64,000 nucleotides of DNA from Paraspadella gotoi (taxonomy: Eukaryota; Animalia; Chaetognatha). The notes beneath the pieces were generated by a model. It was not told where the DNA came from and searched no databases. It worked only from the letters and a program-made list of their open reading frames with translations. Numbering within the stretch: position 1 is the first letter of the stretch; the number at the start of each line of letters is the position of its first letter. The position numbers and the translations under genes were made by a program. Below are positions 43,530 to 54,118 of this stretch, in pieces. The DNA lies in contig CM119264.1 in the NCBI GenBank assembly GCA_051294375.1, positions 19,227,590-19,291,589 on the forward strand, written 5' to 3'.

Positions 43530-46500
43530 CTACTCTTCCTCCATGTAAATAAATCGTTTGACCGACGCAGGTAAATCGCGCCACCGGAAGTCAGCTTTCT
43601 TCGTCGCCAGCGTCCGACCCAAGTAACGTCGCAGAGAGATGCGGCAAAGTTGCTGCAGAGGTTGCGGCTGAAAGCAGAATCGATGCAGCCAACAGAGACT
43701 CGAATTTCGCTGCCGAGCGTCGTTTTGGTCGACATCTATTCGTTCTTTCTCTGCGACATCTTCTTCTTCCTCCTCCTTCCCTTCCACCGCCGCCCATAAT
43801 CGGTTAGTCACGTCTCCGCCAACTCGACTTCCCGCCAAAAGCAGCAACTTGCAACTCGTCCAAGAGAATCCGTCCATCGCTAGTCTGGAAGCAAAAGGTT
43901 GGCTAAAATTTACCATAAGAATATTTCATGGGGTGAAAAGAATTCAAATGAATATACATATAATACATACTGAAAGTAATAAATATTAAAAAATGTTATG
44001 CCTTTGTTTCTCCTATTTTTTAATGTATTCGAGCTCAAGAGATACAATAATCACACACACACACACCTCTCTCTCTCTATACATATTGTTGGACCATTCC
44101 CAGGTAAAACTTTCCCTTCTAATATTTTTAACCGCTTTTTTCACTTTTAAAGCCTACATCTATATCTCTGTATCTCTTGTAAAAGAATTTCTTTTCACAG
44201 CCCTTACCAGCCACCTTTTAGGCTTCTTGGTCCCAATCACACATTCCCTTAAACTATTCCAAGTTGCAACTCAATGGACCCGGGTAACCTTGTAACCACG
44301 TGACCTGAGCGGCGTCTCTCCAAAAGCGTTGACGACGTTGGGGTCAGCGCCGGCGCGAAGGAGAAGGCGCGTCCCGGCGTCGAATTTGTGTCGCGTCGAA
44401 ACGTGGAGGGCGCTGGTTTTGTCGGTGTCCTGAAGCCGACGTCAACAGTGTTGTTCCAATAATACATACATAAATAATCCAAATAATCATTTGGATCACC
44501 TTATCTGTGATTTTCTTTCTCCACCACAACTATACTCCAATCTTAAGAAAAAAAAAATCATAAAGTTTTTTTTATAGTTTTGAACTACTTAAATAAAAAT
44601 AGTACGTAAGTCTAGTGAAGTACTTTTATCATGAATTCAGGTAGCACATGCTCATTGTTGTCATTGCCTCTCTCTCGTTTCCCATCTTTCCCCAATTCTC
44701 TCATGTTTCCTTTGGTTATTTCCTCTGTTTGTCTTTAATCTTTTTCGATGTTGAAAGAAAGAGGGGAACCATTTCAAGCCACTCTCGGTTTTCCTCGGAG
44801 ATTTTAATTCACACTGTGAGTCATGCGTAACATTATATATATATTGCATGGCCTCGTTTTCAACCATTCTAGTTAATTTCAATATTTGACGTGTCGAGCT
44901 CGACTTGCTCTTTTCTCTTTCATCCTTTCTCACTGTTATCAGCTTCAAAAGCAGAACCCACATGATTGTTTTCCTCTCGACTGCCAACAAAAGAACGGAT
45001 GACAAAGTTATCTCTCTCCTCTCTTTGTACCCCGTTCTCTTTTCTCTCCCTTTTTTATCTCAATTCCAATTGTTTTCCAAATAATTTTCCCCTCCATTCC
45101 CGACGCGACCAGAGGGCGTCTGAAGTAAACAAAAGACACTATCGTCGCGTTTTTCTTTTCAATCTTCTTTTTTTTTCATTTCGAAAATTGGATCGTTTCC
45201 AAACAATCTTTAATGCTTTTTCATGCCATTCTCTCGATTATCAAGCTCCTCAATTACTCGCGTTCCCTCGTTTTCTCTCCCTCTTCCTTTCCCCCGTCAT
45301 TCGGTTCGTTGGGAAATTGATTCGCGGCTGCGCGAGCGATAAAAATGAACGATTCCTTCGCCGCTGGGGATCGTAGCGGCACCGATCGAGACGAGCTTCA
45401 TCGATGTTCTTTTTTTTTTTATTTCCTTTTTGTTTTGCGCCGAAAGCCATCGAAATCAGGGGATTTGAAACCGAGGAAATCAGGGAAATTTTTGGCGCGA
45501 CCTCCCACGTCTTTTTCTTTATAACTAATTTAGGTATCTCATCTTATGTATTTTCCTTTCTCTTTCGTTTCCTAACAAGCTTCATTCTTTGAATTTTTTT
45601 CAAAATCTGATTACTTTTTAAAACTTTCAAATCATTTTTTTTAACATTCTCAATTATTCGTATCCCTTTTTCTCGATCTTTGCTTACTTCATTCACGTTT
45701 TCTTTTCAATTGCTCATTTATTCCATCGATCACTATCTTCTCTATTTATGTAGTAATGTTATAGTAAGTACAAAGCCTTGTCTCTTTCCAAATTTCCCTT
45801 AACCCTCCACTTTTTTTTTCAATTAACTTCAGCAGCTGACCTTTTCAACCAAACTCTCTAAGCCAAATTCACGTTTTTTAACACTAACGTTTTCACCAGC
45901 TTCGCCGACCGCATTTAAATTCATCACTGAATATTATTACGTATAGCCAAGATATCATTTACTCGTCACCCAACTCCAACGGCTTGAACTCTTTTACATA
46001 CTCGGATCTTACCTTATTCCGCCCTCCGTTGTTTTTATCGTTTTTTTTCCCGATCTCCATTACCCAAGTCACTTTCCTTCCTTCCTTCGTTCGCCTGATT
46101 CACTATCCTTCCTTCATCCTTCCGCCATTTTACCTACCATTTCTTCTTTTCCTTTTAAATCCATCCATGATGCTTTTCCTTGATTTTTTATCACCATCTT
46201 CCGTCTCCCACCGATAACTATTTCTTCTTCCCGTTTCTGTATTTCTCCATCTGCTGTCTAATTTCCGTTTCCTTCTTCGCCCTTTTCCTCTTTCTAATTC
46301 TCCCAACATCCAGTCACCGCTCTCTCACGTTCCCCGCCCCCTTTTTGCGTCAATTTGCGCACACAACGCCGTTCACTTTCAAGAGCCTCTCGGTGTTAAA
46401 AGTTCATCGCCGTTGCTTCCTTTTCGAAGCAGAGGGGGGAATCTCCTTTCAAAACTTTCTCTTCCGCCCCCTCAAACCTTCTTCGTTCCCTCTACCATCA

Positions 46501-46641
46501 CCACTTCCCTTAACTCACTCCTTCACCACCACGGTACGTGGTACACCACTTCCCTCATCTTCACTTGGAACTCGGACTGATGAAACGTGTCAGGATTCAA
46601 GGTCAAAGTTCAAGGTCAAACTCGCGTCGAATCCCTCTCGT

Positions 46642-46681
<40 letters not shown>

Positions 46682-49600
46682 CTATCTCCTCTCTTTCACT
46701 CGCACAGACTCTCTCATCCCCTCTTTGTGGAGAGATGAAGAAAGAAAAGGCATCTTGTTCGCTTTATAGACTTTTTTCTTCTCGGACGCGAAAAACAAAC
46801 ATAAACAAACAGGGAGGAAAGAAGGAGGAATAGGAGTGGGATATTTGATCTTTTTTTAGTTTTCTCTTTCTTCTGCCGCCGAAAAAGAATCGTGAGAAAT
46901 CATTGTTATCGGATGCGAAAAAAGTGACGCGGCACGGATTCATTAATACAAAATGTTTCTTTTTCCTCATTTTGCAAGACTCCGTACTTGTTTGCTTTTG
47001 CCTTTGACGGATTGTCACCTTCGTAACTGTAAATCTTGGTCAGCCGCTTAACGGTTATTTTCCCTTATTGTTATTAACCATTAAATCAGTGCCTTTTCCT
47101 CACCACGACGTTTGGGTCGGCGACTCCTCTTCTCAGTAGGACCTCGCAGCAGGCCACGTCCTTCAACGACATCGCATGCAGCAGCGGGTTGCGGCCGCAG
47201 TCGGCGTCGGCGCCCTCGTCGAGAAGAAGCTCCATCACGTCGCAGTGACCTTCGTTGAGGGCTTTGAGGAGGGGAGAGCTGATCATGGAACCTCGGAGAA
47301 AGAGAAGAATAAACGTTCTAGATTTTTTCATGACATTTCACAATCAAAAACAACGTTTTACTCAAAATTAAGCCAAGCAATTCAATTTTTTAATATCAAT
47401 TTGAATATTATTTTTAAAATGATTTTTTAAACGACATAAAATTTAATTGAAATATGTATGGCAGCAACAACCAATTTGAAAAAAAAAAACAACAAAAGAA
47501 CTAATATCAGAACTAAATAAAATCGAAAACAAACAATTTTTTTCTTAATTTAGTGTTATTTTAAAAGGCTCTAAAAAACTTATAAATACAATGCTCTAAA
47601 CCAAAAAAACTGGTTCAGCTTCGAAACGAATGCAGTAATAGGCAAAATTTGGTATTTAGATTCTCACCATCTTTAATAATAAAATAGAAGAAGGGCATAA
47701 ATCGAATAAAATTGTACATTAGTTTCATACGTTGATGTCTCACTCTCTCTCAAAAATTAAAGTAAATAGTAAGATTATTAACCTTTTTTTTTCCAATTCT
47801 AGACGGGTAAAGCTTTATTCGCCCAAGTTTTTCCAATTATTTTCAAATGCTTATTTTTCCTACCGTCTGTTCGTTTTTTTTTTCCTTTCACTAGGACGAG
47901 CTCGCTTTCCCACTTGGTTCCTCCTTCCCCTTTTCCTCAATCCTCATGCATCCCAACGATAATCACACCAATTTTTCTTTCTCTTTGCGAAGCAAGAAAG
48001 AACTCTTTAAAAACTACAGTTTCACTGGTAAAGGAAAGAACCTTCTTCAAAAATACATTTTAAAACTAAAAGATTAGGGCAACAACCGGGTTGCCTGTAA
48101 TGCCCTTTGGGATGGGGCATCTCACTTTGGGTTTAGGGGCTTCCGACCCTCAGTGACGCCTCACTGGCGCGGTTACCCTAGGACGATATCGCTTTGCCAA
48201 CACAGAGGGAAGTCTTTAGGACTGTGGATGGAACGCAACGCTTGGGATGATGGCGGTGTGAATATATTGCCACAAGATCCTCTTTTCAATTACAAACTAC
48301 ATTTTATTTTTTTTTTGTCAAGGATTTAACAAATTGATAAGCTAATAATTTTACTCACATGAAAAAAAAAGGTTGACAGCCACATCCGCAGAAAATACCT
48401 GTGCAGTAGGCCCCTGTATTTTTGAGGCTGGCGCCTCGTTTGATCAAAAGTTCGCAAGTTTCTCGATGGCCGAATCCCGCGGCGACATAGAGAGGCGTTC
48501 TTCCGAGGCAATCGAGCTGATCTACATCCACGCCGCAATCCAAGAAGACCTCTACAGCATGGGGATGTTGCACATTCTCGTGTATGATATCGGGTTTGCG
48601 CCGAAGGTTGGGCTGAAAAAAAAGGAAGTTTAAGCATGGGTAGATAGGATGGATGGCCGTAAACAAAGTCTCAAGGCATAGGAAGTCAGGAAGATACGTA
48701 GGCATTTTTTAAGGCAAATTTTGAACTTGATTCGCTCCGATTCTCTTGTATCATCTTCTTTGGTTTCTTAATTCATCGTATAACATTTTGGAGCCAAACC
48801 ATCGTTTGGTTGAGTCTTCAATCATCAGGAACCTGCCTCGTTTTATTTTCTGTATTCACTTGAATGTTATAAATGATACATAAGCTTTTAAAAAGATTCA
48901 AACGATTCAAACGTTCCATTGAGCTTCTTGAAATTTTATCACCGAAATACCACCAAAAAAAAGTAAAACGTTGAAACAAATATCAATAACTACTTTTTGG
49001 TGGTTTTATAGACGCAATTACATTAATATTACCAGATATAAAATAAAAAGCAAAAAACGAAAATCGATTTTAAAGACGAAGTCGAAAGTCACGAAGTCTG
49101 CGCAATGCGGAATTGTGAAGGAAAGAGATTAAGGCTGAGAGATGGTGAGAGTGGATTTTCCAAATATGACAGTAGGTCGAATGATGATTAGAAGAACGAG
49201 GAAAAGGTTAAGGTGGGTCAAGGGATGAAAAGAGAGAAGACCGACGAGTGATTAAAGGAAAAAAGGAAGAAGAAAAATCGAAAGAAAACGCGTAAAAAGA
49301 ATTTTGGCGAAAATGGTGAGAATATTCCGCGCCCTTCACCCGCAGAGAATCACGGACAATTCATTCTCACGAAGAAAGTTTGAATTTTGTTTTGGTTTCA
49401 AGTTTTTTCGATAGTTTTTTATTTTTATTTTTAGCGGAATTTTTTCCTTTTTTGAACAACGATAGGGAAATTTTATTAATTTTATTAAAAAAGTAAAAAT
49501 ATATTGAGTTCATTGCGCCGTGCCGAAAATAATATAATAACATTAACGACTGAAAAAAATAAATTTTAGAAATGTAATTTGACGAACGCATCATGCGTAA

Positions 49601-52600
49601 TTAATTGGCAGGAAAAAGACACAAGGAACAGTTTTTGGAGGCGGAAAAACAAGAAGGACGACGACGACATCACGGGGACATGACGACAATGAAACTGTGG
49701 AAACGACGTCATTATCTCTGATTGTAGATGCAGAGCCAGTGAAACATGGCGAAACAAACCGCCCATTTTCTCGTTCTGGATAGGTTTGGAAAAAACACAA
49801 AAGCTAAACAAAACGAGAGACAAAAAAAAACAAAAAAAAATAAAGAGAGAGAGAGAGAGCGTTTTCGGGACGATTTACTACCGTGTACTTAGTGTTAATT
49901 TGTCTTGTTTCCAACAAAATCGCTTTCTTCCTGGATGCAAAACGCTTCAAGAAACGTTTCCACCTCCATTCGTCATTTAAAGGTGCATAAATTTATAAAA
50001 TATAAAGTTTTTGTTCAACATCCGAAAACCAAAGCGGAGGCAACGAAATAACGGAAATTAGAAAACAAAGGGAAGAGAAACATTGTGAAAAGAAAAAGAA
50101 AAAAAGGCGTCATTCGTCTTTCAATGGAAACTTAAGCCGACGACGTCTCATCCCGTTTGTGGTTCCACCTGGATCTTCTTCACTTCCTTTCTTTTTTTTT
50201 GGGGGGGGGGGGTTGGGGGCGAATTTGGTAAGTGGGGAAATGAGGTCGGGGAAAGTGAACTTGGTAGCGAGAATCCTATTTTATCCTCTTCATTTTCCGT
50301 CTTTTCATTCATTCTTTTTCACTCTCCCTTTTTTTCTTCTCTAATTCACCGTCAAAATTGAGACGTGAAAACGGAATTCGATTTTCGGCTGAAAAGTGAC
50401 ATCGAAGACTTGTTTGTTTTTTCAAAAGTCATCTTAAATTTAAATTGGTGAGGCTCAGAAACTTTTTTACCATTTTTAACCAGTTTACTTTTATGGAAGC
50501 AGTTTGCGCCTAAGTTTCTGAAAAAAAAATTGGGTCTATCTTTTCAAAATGTGTTTACTTACATTTATATTTCCATCTAACGATTCCCTTCTCAGTTCTA
50601 TCGTCTTTTGCAGACTTATCGAAAGCAATTCCTTACATCTATCAATATTCTTCACATCCACAATCCTTTCACTTCACGCAACCAACTCGACATTTCACCC
50701 TGGTCCAACGGTTTTCGCCCCGATTATTGGATTATCTCGGGCTCCGTCACCTCACAATCTGCTTTCGAATCCGTCAAAGCGTCGAAAGAAGGGTGAAAGT
50801 CAAAGAAGCGGCTCGAAGGGCGAGGTTCCAATTCGTTAAGGCGAACAAACCGATCTTACCTCCGCGCCTTTGTCCAGCATCTCCACCAGCAGATCCACGT
50901 GACCGCCGCCAGCAGCGTAGCACAGCGGATCGCGTCCCGTCCTGTCGAAGAGCGTGACGTCCGCGCCGCGTTCGAGTAACAACCGCGCCGTGTCGAGGTG
51001 ACCTTGATAGATGGCGCTGTGAAGAGGGTAGAAGCTGCCGCCGTCGCCGCCGACGAAGCGGCCGAAGTCGACGTGGCAACCGCTGGATGGGCGAAAGGAG
51101 GAAAACGAGGAGAATAAGGCGGAGGCGAAATGGTAACTGGCTCGGGATGGACGGCGAGTTCTCTCTTGTATTCATTTCTCTTTCTTTCCCCTTTTTTTTC
51201 CTTGCTTCATTTCTCCATTTCTTAATTTCCCATCCCAGTCGTGCACATTTTCTATTTTTCTTCTCTTCCACAATTTTCCACTCAATTTCACTTCATATGA
51301 TTCAAATTATGCAAAATTTGGTAATAATAGATTAAAATAGATCTACTCTACATTCTAACCCATCCAACAGTCTGCGACACAAATTAGTGAATCCATTGGT
51401 GGCGGCGTAGTAGAGTGGATGCCATCCTTCGCGGTCGCAGATTTGGGGATCGGCCATCAAGTCGAGCAAGGCCACGGCTAAAAGTTGATATAGATATAGA
51501 TGATATAGATGATTTTAAAATGAAACAGTTTCACCGAGAATAATTTTAAGTAATGGTTGACTTTAGGAAACGGCACCTGTGTCCTCGTGCTTGTAATAGA
51601 TGGCGTTGTGTAAGGGATAACTGCCGTCTCCTCTTTGATTGACGTCGGCGCCGCGAGAGACGAGGAATCGGCAAATGTCTGTATGCCCCCCGTTGGCGGC
51701 GCAAAGCAGCGGTGTTGCTCCGTTGACTGTACGAGCGGAGACATCCATCTCCTCCTAGAATTTATACCGTAGTAATTTGGTCACTAAGTTATGTTAGAAA
51801 ATGAGCTGGAGAGGCGTGATGAACCGTTTTTTTACATATATGCTCCCATTGGCTCAGTGGGAGAACACATCCCAAACGTTGTGTTCCATTCCACAGTCCT
51901 AACGACTTCCCTCTCCGAGGCTAACCGCGCCAGTGACAGGAGGCGTCACTGTGAGTCGGAAGCCCCCAAAGCCAACAGTGAGATGCACCATCTCAATGGG
52001 CATCTCAGGCAACCCAACTGTAGCCATAATACTAAAATATTTCCAATTGAAAACTTTAAACATGAAACTTTTTTAAAGAAATTTCTTTATTAATGTGTTC
52101 TTCTCAACAAAGAAAGTAATTTGTCCTTTTCGGTTCAAATTTGAATGAACCTGGAAGGCATTCAAGAGCGCGACGACGACTTTCAACTGTCCCGATTGAC
52201 AGGCCAGAGTCAACGGTGAATGCTCCTCCATCGTTCGATTCACGTCGATGCCTGACGTCCAAATCGCGTCCAACGTCGCCTCAACGTCGCCTAACAGTTT
52301 TTATTTTGTAAATATTTTTTTACGGTCGAGTGATTAAAAAAGGTTAAAAAAAGAAATACAATTCGTTATGTCTTATGGGCTTGACTTTGAAAAATGTTTA
52401 GAAGATTTGTTTTTATTTTATCGCAAAATGGACACCGGTTATTTCGAAGCATTGCTTTTTTCCAGCTTTGATATCATTATACTAAGCTATACATAGTTTT
52501 ACAAAAAAATTATTTTCTTTTCTCACCGTCCATAATGGCGCAAGTGATTACAGTTTCTTCCTCCGTCGGCTCAGCCACAAATTCTTCCCATACAAACGAA

Positions 52601-52605
52601 TCCAT
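43530..52605 (-). CDS. Ankyrin repeat and SOCS box-containing (ASB-family) protein, 9 coding exons, 539 aa
   Basis: Exons 52605-52527, 52290-52151, 51754-51577, 51477-51360, 51082-50860, 48612-48399, 47291-47104, 44429-44305, 43884-43530. All are GT-AG bounded and phase-compatible and sum to 1620 nt. Ankyrin motifs: GATPLLCAANGGHTDICRFLVSRGADVN, YPLHSAIYQGHLDTARLLLERGADV, GRTPLYVAAGFGHRETCELLIKRGA. C-terminal SOCS box: PQPLQQLCRISLRRYLG..DLPASVKRFI. Confidence 0.93.
48075..48274 (-). mobile_element. Twister-bearing solo-LTR-like element, family A, with 4-bp TSD (AGAT), in intron 6 of the ASB gene
   Basis: agat|TAGGGCAA...TTGCCACA|agat, with TSD at 48071-48074 and 48275-48278 and imperfect 8-bp terminal inverted repeats. 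Twister core at 48127-48200 on the minus strand. Confidence 0.8.
51843..52028 (+). mobile_element. Diverged, internally deleted family A element in intron 2 of the ASB gene
   Basis: Contains CCGA GGC TAA CCGC GC CAGTGAC aggaggc GTCACTG T GAG TCGG AAGC CCC CAAA GCCAAC and ends GCCATA. The P5'/P2'/GA segment is absent and the 5' terminus is not recognisable. Confidence 0.7.
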
Positions 52606-54118
52606 TGTTGTTTACGGGTCGCTTTATTTACTTTTTGCATATAAGTTACTTTATTTGCTATTGTTTACATTTGTAGCGGGTTCAGTCTCAAATTATTGCA
52701 CTTGGAATACGAAAGATATTGCCAACGTAACGTTCAAATGTTTTCAGTTTACTTTTTTTCTTACATTCGATAAATTTACCGATGCCTGGCTAGATATTCT
52801 TTCACATTGTTTTCCCTTTCTTTTGATTCTTTGACTCGCCGGTTATGATTTTTCCTTTTCGTTTGAAGAGAATCCGTTTTGTGTTGAATGTTTTGTTTTG
52901 AAAATTCGCTACGATTCGCTAGATTTAGTTTTGTTATGATGATTAATTTCGATCCTCTGTTGCGCGCGAACGTCTTGATCGTGAGCTGTTTGAGATGATA
53001 ATGCGGAGGACGACGACGACGATGATGATAATAATGATGATGATAATGATGATTAAATCGCAGAGCGGGGTTATGACGATAGTTTTTATTAAAGGATGAA
53101 AAATTGTGTGATGAAATCAACTATCCAATGGATAGTATCCATACTCCGTAGTCCGTAGTCCGTACCATTGTACCCCGGCTATCAGTAACGTATATGATAT
53201 ACGTTTATATATTATATACTATGACTGGCCCGATTGATATCTGATGGACAATAAAAAAAAGCTAAATAGATCAGTAAACTAATCTTACTAGTTTAAAAAT
53301 AGGTTGTTTTCTTCCTTTCTAATTCCCTCAGCCATATATTAATTATTATTATTATCACCTAAAAAGATAAACCGAAACAGAACATTAATAACAATATGCA
53401 AATAGATTAAATATATTTTTTTATTTTTAAAAGCAAATTTTTACTTGTCAAGCCGTAAATAGCTAGGAAGCAACAATCGAGATCGTTAAATAACATGTCG
53501 CATAAAATTATTAAATATTACATATATTAGAAGGGGAAGAATAAAGAGAGAAAAAAAATAGAAAAGATAGATCCCGAAAAATACTAATAAAAACAAATGT
53601 AAAGGGACTTGGCATCACTCCTATCCATGAGGATTTCGGAACGAACTCGATTCGAAAGGGAACACAAGAGCAAACATAATTTTTTTTTAATTAATAGTTA
53701 CGTATATATAAATCATAATCTAAGAATACGACCACAGAAACACGGAACAAAATTAAAAATTTAAAATGTTCACAATTTTGATGGATTGACGGCACAGTTG
53801 GAGGGTTTTAATGATCATCAAGAGACGGTGAGAAAATACAGGGCAGGTTGAAAAGAACCGGACCTAATTTAGATAAACGTTATTCAACCCAGTTAGATTA
53901 TTGCTATGTTTATGTGAATCGAGAAGTCAACTTAAAACGCTGATAGAAGATGTCTGCGCCGTATTTTCCCGAAACATAAAACGGATTATACAAAAAAAAA
54001 GTTAAAACTTTTTTAAAATAAAGTAAAAACTTAACCATAATAGCATTAACTGATGAACGAAGAACACGATACAATTTTCGTCCGGTCGCGAAATGCGCGT
54101 TTAACCCACAACCATGCA

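Noticed and set aside
46538-46576. Possible 39-nt in-frame exon (SEFQVKMREVVYH) in ASB intron 7
   Set aside because: The flanking exons already join into a clean ankyrin repeat (ADPNVV|DTDKTSALH) and the donor is weak. At most a cryptic exon.
46577-46600. CTGATGA hammerhead-core heptamers here and at ~24323, ~30264, ~37966 and ~54050
   Set aside because: No stem II plus GAAA and no flanking helices could be built.
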